From assembly GCF_000143415.4 (NCBI RefSeq), contig NW_003314263.1, forward strand, positions 3,606,451 through 3,670,450: a stretch of 64,000 nt of DNA, read 5' to 3'. Source of the stretch: Selaginella moellendorffii. Its lineage: Eukaryota > Plantae > Lycopodiophyta. This document shows positions 50,191-61,561 of this stretch, in pieces; within the stretch, counting starts at the first letter, position 1; every line of letters begins with the position of its first letter. Below the pieces are notes generated by a model, which saw nothing but the letters and a program-made list of their open reading frames with translations, had not been told where the DNA came from and did not search any database. The position numbers were made by a program, and so were the translations under genes.

Positions 50191-50437
50191 AGGAGGTGGA
50201 GGAGGAAAATGAGCAGGCTACTTAATAGCTTAAGCAAGAAAAGCTAATCACAATATTCCAAAATTATTCACGGCGCGCGAATGTCATGCGGTATATACCC
50301 CTCGTCAGCGTGCTTTTCTGGCGCAGCAAAAGGGTCAGTTCCTGGTATGGAACAAGAACAGGAACAGCTGCAGGATCATCCGCATCCTCATCGCTTGCCA
50401 CTGGAAGAACAGAGTTGCTAGTGATGGTGGACCACTC

Positions 50438-52468
50438 GTGGCACTGTGGAGCATGCGCCGGCAGCTCATTGTCTTGGATGTCTCGACTGGCATGGCTTGC
50501 ATCTGTCCATCTCCACCAGAGCTTGTGACCAGCTCCTCCTCGTCCTTGGTCTTGAGCACACTTGGATCCAGCCTTGACAAGTTCCAGCTCCTGGTTGTCT
50601 ATAGCGATTCACCTTTGGCCCCCGAGCACAGCTTTCTCATCACTTCTGCTATCTTCGATTCAACAACTGGGATGTGGAGAGTTAAGTCTCGTTATTCTCC
50701 TGGATTCACTTGTCGCGAGACCACCTTGTATGGTGACTCTCGGTGGCCTGGATACAGTGCACTGGCGGGTGGCTTTCTTCATGTCATGTTTTGTGAGCCC
50801 TCTTCCTGGTGGAGCACACCGTGCGTGAGATATGATTTGGAAAGGGATGAGTGGTGCAGGGAACCGGTGTGGACGGTCAAATGGAGTCAAGACCAGGTCA
50901 AGAACATGAGAGTGCATTACTCGGGAGAGACACGGCGGATTAACGCTGATGGCCTACCTCAAGCCTTGGTTAATCTTCAGCCGCCACTGGAAGCGGGTGT
51001 GGCTAACATTACACGGCGCTCGGATGGCATCTTTCTTTATGCCTTCTTTACTTGCCAGGGATGCGTGAAGATAGTTTACATCCATGATTTTGAGGCTGGA
51101 ATTTGGTATGCTCATCGCTATCGAAGGTTGAGGGACTTGCTCAAACTGAAGCCAGTTAAGTCACTTGATTATAATCATGGAGAGAATGTTGATGGCCAGA
51201 AGTGGTCCAATCTGCCTACTGACCTTCTGCAGCAAGTCGCGCAACTCTTGTGCACTGTCAGCGATATTAGAGCACTGAGCATGGTATGCCACAGGACAGG
51301 CCAACGTTTGCTCAAGCTATATCAAGAGCCCGCCCTTGTCTTCTGGAACAAGGAACACAACGAGTTATGTCTCTTTAGGTCCGATAAAGGCTGGTCAAGG
51401 ATGATCAGAGACAAGAACTTTGCCCACCGTGCTCCCTTAATCACACACGGTCCCCTCTTAATCTCGTGGGAGGGGAGCACCTTGTATGTTACCAACGTTC
51501 TCAACAAAATCTTCTCGACAAAGAGAGTAATGGCTCCGAGTCCGGAAATGGGACGTATCATCAGGGTTGCATGCATAAGTCAAGAAAAGCTGCCGGTCAT
51601 TTTCTATACTGAGTTAAAGGAGGTAGCTCCTGCAGTGGTTAGCTTCAATAATTCAACTCGTCCACAGTGGCAAGTTGGAAATTCTCGCAGGGGCATTGCT
51701 ACATTGACACCGGTGGAGACTTTCTTTAATGAGCGGAGGCTGCCATGGCCTCCAGCTGATGAATGTGGCGCTAGGGACGCTGAGAATGTCATCCTGCTTG
51801 GGTCATATGCATACTTCATGCTGGATAGGGTGGTAGCATCCCAGAGGCAGACGGTTTTTCAATACAACTGGGAAAGTGATGAGTGGGTTTCTCAGGAGCA
51901 AGTTCAAACCTCATGCCGTGACTGCCATGACTTCTGCTCATACAGCTATCAGTTTCACGTAAAATCTCCACTCATTCAACTGAATGGACGACCGGCAATC
52001 GTGCGACCCACAATGGAAATCTGGTTTCTGGCCGACCCTGGCGGAAAATGCATCGCCAAGATTCCCCAGGAGACATGGGAAAAACTGATTCAAGTGTTAG
52101 ACACTTCATATGAATACACTTATATATGGGCAGTGGGTAACATTACAGCTCCGAGAATTGTCGTCGTCTCCGTACACCAGTGTACCACCTCGGTTCATAT
52201 GGTGTGCAGCATCAGGAATACTCTAGTGGCCATCATTGTTTGGGAGTTTGTACTGGGTTTGTGGGATGTCATCCCCTACTCCAACAGGGAAGATCGGCTG
52301 TGGCTCAAGTCCAAGTATTTTGCCGTTTGCTTGGAGCAGAACAGCTTGGTTATGAAGCACTTTCTAAGAAGATCATGGTTTGAGTTCCTGACCGTACCTT
52401 GGCACTTGAGAAGCAGGGACAGACGTTTTATAGAGCCGTACATTTTGTCAAGGGCGATGGAGATATGA
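50438..52468 (+). CDS. Two-module F-box-type protein, intronless 676-codon ORF; N-terminus deleted relative to copy 2
   Basis: Long open frame with internal F-box WSNLPTDLLQQVAQLL...IRALSMVC, flanked by FBA/kelch-like beta regions (IFDSTTGMW, YDLERDEW, YNWESDEW). The listed start is GTG. Confidence 0.6.
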   Translation: MALWSMRRQLIVLDVSTGMACICPSPPELVTSSSSSLVLSTLGSSLDKFQLLVVYSDSPLAPEHSFLITSAIFDSTTGMWRVKSRYSPGFTCRETTLYGDSRWPGYSALAGGFLHVMFCEPSSWWSTPCVRYDLERDEWCREPVWTVKWSQDQVKNMRVHYSGETRRINADGLPQALVNLQPPLEAGVANITRRSDGIFLYAFFTCQGCVKIVYIHDFEAGIWYAHRYRRLRDLLKLKPVKSLDYNHGENVDGQKWSNLPTDLLQQVAQLLCTVSDIRALSMVCHRTGQRLLKLYQEPALVFWNKEHNELCLFRSDKGWSRMIRDKNFAHRAPLITHGPLLISWEGSTLYVTNVLNKIFSTKRVMAPSPEMGRIIRVACISQEKLPVIFYTELKEVAPAVVSFNNSTRPQWQVGNSRRGIATLTPVETFFNERRLPWPPADECGARDAENVILLGSYAYFMLDRVVASQRQTVFQYNWESDEWVSQEQVQTSCRDCHDFCSYSYQFHVKSPLIQLNGRPAIVRPTMEIWFLADPGGKCIAKIPQETWEKLIQVLDTSYEYTYIWAVGNITAPRIVVVSVHQCTTSVHMVCSIRNTLVAIIVWEFVLGLWDVIPYSNREDRLWLKSKYFAVCLEQNSLVMKHFLRRSWFEFLTVPWHLRSRDRRFIEPYILSRAMEI

Positions 52469-53898
52469 ATCGCTTGAATATGTGTACATTTTCATCCTCG
52501 TCACAATCCAACGATTTGCATGAAAGTTTGAAAGTGAAGAACGTTTAAACTTAAAAACGAGCCAATTTTCTGAAGAGTCGCAATGGACACGTTTGCGGCA
52601 GGGAAATATCGGCCTCTTATCACCAGTCGTCAATCACATTTTAGTTTTTGTGTTGCCAAACAAAAATAAGAAGCTGCTTCAAGTTAGTAAAGTACCTATA
52701 GAGCAGCACTCTAACTGAACCTGAGAAACGACCAAATGCAAAGGCAGAGAGCAAAGGTGGACAGCAGTGGTGGTGGACTTTACGTCCCTCTTCTTAAGGC
52801 TGAGAGAAAGAAGAATGCCAACTTTTTGCCCAGGAAAACATACAAAGAGAAAGATGTTTAAGAAACTACTGCTTTGCCATATTTATTTCTCATTGGATGA
52901 TGTATATATATTTGATTGATTAATTTGTTCTTTTCTTTAAAAGAAAGCAAATAAGAGAAATCTGACTCTCACGTACTTGCGACGAAGGCATTCGATCATG
53001 GTCCTCGGCTGATTTAGTATCTCGCCGCCTTAAGCAGCTGCTAGAAAGGCAAAAATAAAGAATGTTAGATCTTCCACAAACTAGAGAATCGGTTTGGATT
53101 TTACACTCGAACTTGCCTTGTACATTTTCTGCTAGCAACGTCATAAAGATCAGAAAATAGACAAGGAAAAATTATTTCCAGCGCAGTGTTAGGCTCGACC
53201 TCTAGGAGATCTTCCTTGTAATATCTCACGCCCGATTGGCCGCATCCACCCGCTGCCAAGGCCGAAGCATTTTCCAAAGCTTAAAGATGATCTATCATTC
53301 ATACTGACGGTCTCAAAACCAGGCAAATGTTCGACATAACGATCCAAGAAGCAGTAGGAAGCAAAGTTCTAGCTCGAGAATGGTAAGTCACAATCTTTTC
53401 AGCTCTTTTATAGTCATTTCTTTGGCATGCACGATTTGTGCTTTGAGAAGAAATGTGTTGGCAAAGTGCTATCGAGGCGACATGACATGAAAGAGGCAAT
53501 AGGAAGGGAAGATCCCTGGAGGTGATACACCTCAGGATCTTCATGAGGTGACGGCTTTCGATGTTGCATGAATCTCTGTTGCTGCTAGAGGACTCTAAGA
53601 TCCGACGTAAAGAAAGCAAAAAAAATGTCCAGGGATAAATCCGAGCAAGAAGCAAAGCATCGCCTTCTTCCATCACATATAGTACGAGCACCCAACCTGC
53701 TCTGCATGGTTCATGTCGTCTGCCCGAAAGTCCAATTGGCTGGCCAGCTTTTCCCGAGGCCAAGATGGAGCAGGCCGGGGGCCCAGAGCTACTCGTCTTC
53801 GTTTTGGAGAGTGTTCTCTTATTTCCCTTGCTTCTCCTTTTTTTCTCTTGTTCTTCAGTCGTGAGATTCATGAGTTGAGTAAACACGCGACGCCGCAG

Positions 53899-54760
53899 CT
53901 ACCTCGGAGATCGGGATCGAGATCGGGATCGAGATCGGGATCGAGATCTCGTGTTGACTTTTTGTTTTTGAGGAGCCCAGCAACATGCAATAAACGGATT
54001 GTCCCACCACTCAACAGACCATCTCATTTCTTCCCCCACATAGATTCGTTGTGGGAAAAAATAAGCGTTGCTGTTCATCCCAACTCCATAATCGGGATTA
54101 TACCAGCCAGGAAGATAATCCACCTTGTCCCACACTCCTTTAGCAATTGCTTTTCTATAATTTCCAATATACAAATCCAGTAACACCATAGGAGAAAATC
54201 GAGGCATGGGTGGCTGCGGTGCATGTTGTACACGTGTTTTTTAAATCCACTTGCTGGACAGACTTGGACGGCGAGTCGAGAAGCTGCACAAGCGCAAACT
54301 AAGTTTGCGTCACCGTGCACTGTAGCCCCCAATCTCCGCTCGAGTTTGAAGCATCGTGAACAACCTTGGCCGCCAAAGATGTTGGTCAGAATCCTCAAAA
54401 GTTCACGAGCACAAAAAGAATCTGGCGAAGACTACCTAGGCTTGTTGGCTCAAAGGTGTGAAGTCGGGGGTGTCACTGGTATTGATCTAAAGAGGCTGAC
54501 ATTCCCTGTGCCATGCTGATGAGAACTCTGCCGATCACCTGGCTTCTATCCGAGCTTTCAAAGTACTCACCTCCATGAGTGGAACCACTGCACCATATAT
54601 CGCCCTCGTCTAAGAGATGATCGAGAGCAGCACTAAGCAAGTCATTAAGCTTGCATTTGAAAGAATGTGGGCTTGAGTGTGGATTTATTCTTGGCTTATG
54701 TGTTGATGGCAGGAATGTACGAGCGTTGAGAGTCATCTTTAGAGTGCTGAGCTCAACATC
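53899..54760 (-). pseudogene. Broken ORF of unknown family (Trp/Tyr-rich C-terminus)
   Basis: Consecutive frameshifted ORFs 54473-54736, 54075-54398 and 53899-54207 read as one globular-looking protein (WDKVDYLPGWYNPD...WSVEWWDNPF). Second copy at 63765-64000. Confidence 0.4.
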
Positions 54761-55434
54761 CCAATCTTGTTCACCTTGTGAGGATTGTTTGGCACTAAAA
54801 ATATAAGTGCACCGATTGCCACCACCAAGAGAAATGGGAGTCCTTTCACGGGAATTAAGCTTGGCTAGAGAACGAGCATTGAAACCTCTAGAAATGGGTT
54901 TATAAACACAAAAAAAAAAAACATTAAAAGTGATTAATTATTTTTGTAATTCACACTTACACATGCACTTGCACAAAGTAAATAATCACAACACTTTAAA
55001 TGAAATAAATAAACAAACAAAAAAGTTTAAAAAACCAGTTTTGAAAGTTAAATAAGTGATAAATTTAGATATTAACAAAAACTAAGATTGTGATTACTTT
55101 AGCTTATATAATGGTAGCAAAAAAAATAAGACAATGCAACACTAAAATTCTTTTTTCAGGTTTAATTAAAACTTTTAAATTTTTATTTATTTATAATGTG
55201 CAGATCGTGCTGTTTGGAAAGAAGTGAAAGAAATACACTCAAAGTGGTCATTTAAAAGAAATAAATTAACAAATATTTTTGAAAAATCTGCTAAAGTTGT
55301 AAAATCACTAACTATAATATTAATAGATTTGATTTCAAAGGTATTTTATAATTTATGAGATTTATTATATTTTTACTTTTCTTTTTAACTATCAGTAATC
55401 AACCATAAACGAAAGATAGAAAAAAATTATAATT

Positions 55435-56610
55435 TATATGATTTAATATTTGTAATATTTTTAACATATTTTAAGTTTTTGGAATTATATGTTATTTATT
55501 TAAGTTGTTTGTATTATTCAAACAAAAAAAATTTAAGTTTAAATTAACACTAAAATTTTTTGCACTATTACACAAATTGTGCATAAAAGTAAAAAAGGCA
55601 ATAGTAGAAATATCAGCTTTTAATGAATATTTGAACTATAATATTTAAGATTTAAATGCAAATTTAGTAAAGAATATAACATGTTGCGAAGATTTTTTAG
55701 AACTCCTTAAAAAAAGTACTTTCAATATTGATAGAATAACTTCATGTAAATTTTTTGTTTTTTATTAGAATGTTTAATTGAGTATTTTTACTCATTAGTT
55801 TTGGGGTCATTCACCATGTTAAGTTGGTGGGTTTTAAAACTAATGAGTAGTAGCATGATTAATTTTTTAATGAATATAAAAACTGACACAAAAAAAGTGT
55901 TTAAAATTGTATATGAAATAATTGCAATATTTCACAAAAAAATTTTTTCCTTCTTGATTATTCATATTGTTAAAGTATAAATGATAAAAATGAGAGAAAC
56001 TACACTCATCATGATAAATTTGAAAGATAAATAAGTGATGAAATTTTAATCTCGATAAATAACTAATGTTGTGAAGGAGCAGAAAGTAATTGTTTATAAT
56101 GGTCAAATACTGCAAAAGAATTATTTTAGTTAGATTGTTACCTTTTATATTAATTGTATATTTTACAAATTTTTAGTTATAACGAATTTTATTGTTACTT
56201 TCAACTATCTATATATAAATAAAATTATACTATAAAGGAAAGCCATTTGAGAGATGTTACTATTTTTATATAGCTACAGTGTGTTTGAGCTTTGTTTCTT
56301 TTTAATTAGCAACAAAACTTTAATAAAGGTATTTTTTATATGATTTAATATTTGTAATACTTATAACATATTTTATTTTTTTTGAGTTGTTAGTGTTTAT
56401 ATGCACAATTGAGATTATAAAAGATTCAAATTCAATTTAACACGAAACTTTTACATTATTACATAAATTATGCATAAAAGTCAAAAAGAAAATACTATAA
56501 ATGTCAGTTTTAAATGAATATGTGAATTATAATACTCAAAATTTAAATGCAAATTTAGTAAAGAACATAAACTCTTTCAAAAATAAAATACTTTTAACAT
56601 TAGTAAAATA
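55435..56610 (+). repeat. AT-rich spacer with a ~280-bp diverged direct repeat (55435-~55735 and 56337-~56610)
   Basis: TATATGATTTAATATTTGTAATA...GCATAAAAGT...TTTAAATGCAAATTTAGTAAAGAA occurs twice. Confidence 0.65.
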
Positions 56611-56799
56611 TTTTTAAGAATTTTTTTTTATTTTTATTAAAATGTTTGATTAAATATTTTATTATAAAGACTTAAGGGTATAAAAGGAGTACAAACTTTA
56701 AAGCATATTTTATCCTTGTGGGGAAGTTTTTGATGGTGCAGAGGCGGCAAGAAGAAGATGAGGAAGAAAAAGGATGCTAAGATTCGTGTAGCCATTCTA

Positions 56800-57582
56800 G
56801 CGATGAATCGGAGGATCCCGGGGTTGAGAGTCCTGGTGTGGAATTCGGGCTCGCATTTGCGTCCAGGCACCGCCGTCCAGCCGCTGGGGAATCTCCTCTT
56901 CAAGCAAAATATTCGTGATCCAGGGCTTGGGAGTCTCCAGCGTCTCAGCAATGAGATCGTCAGTGATATTCTGGCGCTGCTGGATGCCAAGGATCTGGCT
57001 CGGTCGGGCGTCTCGAGCGAGGCATTCTATGTTTTCAGCCACCAGGAAGCGCTGTGTGGCGGAATTTGGTCCTCGCGGAGCTGAAAGGAGGATTTTTTTT
57101 TCCAAGGAAGCTGGAGAAAGACTTACGTCTCAGCTCGATCGGCTTGGACAAAGATAAGTTGTTCTTTGAGAACTTTGTTCTTGGAAGAAGGTTTTGATTT
57201 GTTTCTTTCCATTCAGGAAGAGGATTTCTCTTACGTCTCAGCTCGATCGGCTTGTACTAGGGTGAAGTGTTCTTTGAGACTTTGTTCTTGGAAGAAGGTT
57301 TTGATAGTTTTTGCTTCTTTCCATTCAGGAAGAAGATTTCTCTTACGTCTCAGCCCGATCGGCTTGTAAGAAGGTGAAGTGTTCTTTGAGACTTTGTTCT
57401 TGGAAGAAAGTTTTGATAGTTACCTTATACGACAAGTTCAAATCCAGGTACGAGGAGCTTCGTCCCGGGTCTCTAGAACAGCTCTGGAACGAGATAAACG
57501 CTCGGGAGTCTCAAACTTTGAGCGGCCTGTTTGGGAAAGTATAACTTCTGGCGGTGGTTTTGGATTCAATTTCGGCAGTTGA
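56800..57582 (+). pseudogene. F-box/JmjC pseudogene copy 3 (exon 1 joined to C-terminus; JmjC domain deleted)
   Basis: VQPLGNLLF...GLGSLQRLSNEIVSDIL, then ~110-bp tandem repeats, then LYDKFKSRYEELRPG...GGFGFNF. Confidence 0.8.
57122..57422 (+). repeat. ~110-bp tandem repeat x3 of an exon-end/intron unit
   Basis: CTTACGTCTCAGC(T/C)CGATCGGCTTG recurs at 57122, 57230 and 57342. Confidence 0.85.
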
Positions 57583-57712
57583 GAGGTAAAGATTCGAAGA
57601 CATTATGTTTTTGGAGTTCATTGTTTTCTCTTGCAGTTATGGAGACAAACAAAGAATATTGCAAAAGTTTGTTAGACAACTCCATAAGAAGTTGCATTGC
57701 CTTTTTAAGCTC

Positions 57713-59100
57713 TTAAAGAACAAACTTCATTGTCGGCCTGCTACTTCCGTCGAACTGTAAGCTCAGAGCTGCCAAGTTTGCAACTTTTGCAACGCACTCC
57801 AGCATTTCTGGAGTTCTAGCATCCAACCTCTTGTCGATCAACTCGCTGATGGCTCCTCTTTGTATGACGCTCATTGCAAATGTGGACAGGTTTTTATCTG
57901 AAGCACAGCGAGAGAAGTCTACAGGCATCTGACCTGTTATTAGCTCCAAGATGACTACTCCAAAGCTGTAAACGTCGCTCTTATCTGTAAGCTGATAGCT
58001 TTGCTGGTACTATCTATGTAACCCAGTGTTCCATGCAGAGTTGTGGAAATGTGAGTGGAATCTATGGGTACCAGCTTGGAAATCCCAAAGCCCGCTACTT
58101 TGGCCGTGAGTTTTTCGTCCAACAAGATGTTGGAGGATTTGACGTCCCGGTGATATATCAGTGGAGAAGCTGCAAAGTGAAGGTACGTAAGAGCCACTGC
58201 TGTCTCTGTCGCAATTCTTAAACGGTTTTTCCACGATAACGTATCTCCTCGTTTGTGCAGATGCTCGTACAGTGTTCCTCTTGGCACGAACTCGTAGACC
58301 ACGAGAGGTACTTCGCTTTCTATGCAACGTCCCATCACCTTGACGAGATTTCTGTGTTTCACTTTGGAGAGGATGGTAACCTCGTTTAGAAACTGTTGAA
58401 TGCGAGGGCATTGCCGTTGTTGGCTTTCTTGATGGCCAGCGTGGTGCCCCCTTGTAGACTGCCAAAGCTGCCAGTGCCTAGCTTGAAGTCGCTTCTGAAG
58501 CACTTGGTTGCTCTCCCCATCTCTCCCCAGGTAAAGATGCTTGAGTTTTCTTTGAAAATGGCCAAGTTTCTAGTGCCTGGCAGTGCGGACAATTTCGGCC
58601 GGAACTTCCAGAGAACAAATCTAAAAATGAGAAGAGCTGGTGGTGATGATCAACGTGGAAGACACGTTTAAAGAGCTAGCTCTGTTCTCTAAGTCACGAG
58701 CTTATCGCTTTATCGCGCAGCCACCAGTCAAGGATCGTGTGCAACGAAGGAACATCATTTCGTTGCAAGTGTTTCGCGGGGTGGTACCCGAGGCTACAGT
58801 GATCAACCAGGGAAAAAAACCGCAAGTGAGTATGTTTCCAAGGGCGCAGAGAAGAAACGGGAGTTTTATCAGAACGCCAAGAAGGTGCAAAAGTATAATA
58901 AGAGGCTGAAGGAGCTCGATCCTCAAGTTTTGTAGGTACCTCTCTTTTAGAAAACGTAGTTTCTTTTAGAAACCTGAAGAGCCAGAAGGTAGAGAACGAA
59001 GATGGTGCCAGTGGCAGCCATAGCCAGAGTGGTGGAAGACAGGAGAGCAACTTCAGCTCCATCGAGAGGCTGAGGAACGAGTATGAGATGAAGCAGAAGC
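57713..59100 (-). pseudogene. WAK/WAKL-type receptor kinase pseudogene, copy 2 (retains kinase C-lobe)
   Basis: [52 protein letters not shown]...RPTMK; frameshifts. Confidence 0.85.
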
Positions 59101-59319
59101 CGCGAAGGAAGAGCGAGCAAAGGAAACTGCGGCAAGGCAGCAGGCTCGAGAGGAATCCGAACCAACGCCAAGATGTTAAAGAAAACTAGCCATGAAATTC
59201 CTAGTGGTACTTCATCACAAAAGGCATTGTCTATTAAAGCTTGTTTGCTTAAGCAAAACAACCTAATCACAAAAATGTCATGCGGAGATAAAGGGTTGGC
59301 GCAGCAAAAGGGAAAAGGC

Positions 59320-61561
59320 ATGGATTCGGTTGAGCTCCTGCAGGATATAGAGGCTTGCGACGAGCTACTGGATTCAAGGATCAACATACTCGAGTTCGTG
59401 CCACTGAGCACCATTGGCAGTGAGGATCAGGGAGGCTCTGATTTGAGGTTCCACACTTGGGCGCTTGTGCTTAACACACCCAAGGGTCAGTTCCTGGTAT
59501 GGAACAAGAACAGGAACAGCTGCAGGATCAGCCGCATCCTCATCGCTTGCCACTGGAAGAACAGAGTTGCTAGTGACGGTGGACCACTCGTGGCACTGTG
59601 GAGCATGCGCCGGCAGCTCATCGTCTTGGATGTTTGACTGGCATGGCTTGCATCTGTCCATCTCCACCAGAGCTTGTGACCAGCTCCTCCTCGTCCTTGG
59701 TCTTGAGCACATCTGCGCTTGGATCCAGCCTTGACAAGTTCCAGCTCCTGGTTGTCTATAGCGATTCACATTTGGCCCCAGAGCACAGCTTTCTCATCAC
59801 TTCTGCTATCTTCGATTCAACAACTGGGATGTGGAGAGTTAAGTCTCGTTATTCTCCTGGATTCACTTGTCGCGAGACCACCGTGTATGGTGACTCCCGG
59901 TGGCCTGGATACAGTGCACTGGCGGGTGGCTTTCTTCATGTCATGTTTTGTGAGCCCTCTTCCTGGTGGAGCACACCATGCGTGAGATATGATTTGGAAA
60001 GGGATGAGTGGTGCAGGGAACCAGTGTGGACGGTCAAATGGAGTCAAGGCCAGGTCAAGAACATGAGAGTGCATTTCTCGGAAGAGACATGGCGGATTAA
60101 CGCTGATGGCCTACCTCAAGACTTGGTTAATCTTCAGCCGCCACTGGAAGCGGGTGTGGCTAACATTACACGGCGCTCGGATGGCGTCTTTCTTTATGCC
60201 TTCTTTACTTGCCAGGGATGCGTGGAGATTGTTTACATCCATGATTTTGAGGCTGGAATTTGGTATGCTCATCGCTATCGAAGGTTGAGGGACTTGCTCA
60301 AACTGAAGCCAGTCAAGTCACTTGATTATAATCATGGAGAGAATGTTGATGGCCAGAAGTGGTCCAATCTGCCTACTGACCTTCTGCAGCAAGTCGCGCA
60401 ACTCTTGTGCACTGTCAGGGATATTAGATCACTGAGCATGGTATGCCACAACTGGCGCAGGACAGGCCAACGTTTGCTCAAGCGATATCAAGAGCCCGCC
60501 CTTGTCTTCTGGAACAAGAAACACAGCGAGTTATGCTTCTTTAGGTCCGATAAAGGCTGGTCAAGGATGATCAGAGACAAGAACTTTGCCCACCGTGCTC
60601 CCTTAATCACACACGGTCCCCTCTTAATCTCGTGGGAGGGGAGCACCTTGTATGTTACCAACGTTCTCAAGAAAATCTTCTCGACAAAACATGTAATGGC
60701 TCCGAGTCCGGAAATGGGACGTATCCTCAGGGTTGCATGCATAATTCAACTCGTCCACAGTGGCAAGTTGGAAATTCTCGCAGGGGCATTGCTACATTGA
60801 CACCGGTGGAGACTTTCTTTAATGAGCGGAGCCTACCATGGCCTCCAGCTGATGCAAGTGGCGCTAGGGACGCTGAGAATGTCATCCTGCTTGGGTCATA
60901 TGCATACTTCATGCTGGATAGGGTGGTAGCATCCCAGAGGCAGACGGTTTTTCAATACAACTAGGAAAGTGATGAGTGGGTTTCTCAGGAGCAAGTTCAA
61001 ACCTCACGCCGTGACTGCCATGACTTCTGCGCATACAGCTATCAGTTTCACGTAAAATCTCCACTCATTCAACTGAATGGACGACCGGCAATCGTGCGAC
61101 CCACAATGGAAATCTGGTTTCTGGCCGACCCTGGCGGAAAATGCATCGCCAAGATTCCCCAGGAGACATGGGAAAAACTGATTCAAGTGTTAGACACTTC
61201 ATATGAATACACTTATATATGGGCAGTGGGTAACATTACAGCTCCGAGAATTGTCGTCGTCTCCGTACACCAGTGTACCACCTCGGTTCATATGGTGTGC
61301 AGCATCAGGAATACTCTAGTGGCCATCATTGTTTGGGAGTTTGTACTGGGTTTGTGGGATGTCATCCCCTACTCCAACAGGGAAGATCGGCTGTGGCTCA
61401 AGTCCAAGTATTTTGCCGTTTGCTTGGAGCAGAACAGCGTGGTTATGAAGCACTTGCTAAGAAGGTCATGGTTTGACTTCCTGACCGTACCTTGGCACTT
61501 GAGAAGCAGGGACAGACGTTTTATAGAGCCGTACATTTTGTCAAGGGCGATGGAGATTTGA
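59320..61561 (+). pseudogene. Two-module F-box gene, copy 2 (frameshifted)
   Basis: ATG at 59320, 1-nt frameshift ~59635, ~73-nt deletion ~60744, TGG>TAG at 60962. Confidence 0.85.

Noticed and set aside
53907-53950. RS-repeat suggesting an SR splicing factor
   Set aside because: A short 12-nt-period GATC microsatellite with no RRM nearby.
57122-57422. CRISPR-like repeat/spacer array
   Set aside because: The whole units are homologous (no unique spacers), the context is eukaryotic, and there are no cas genes.
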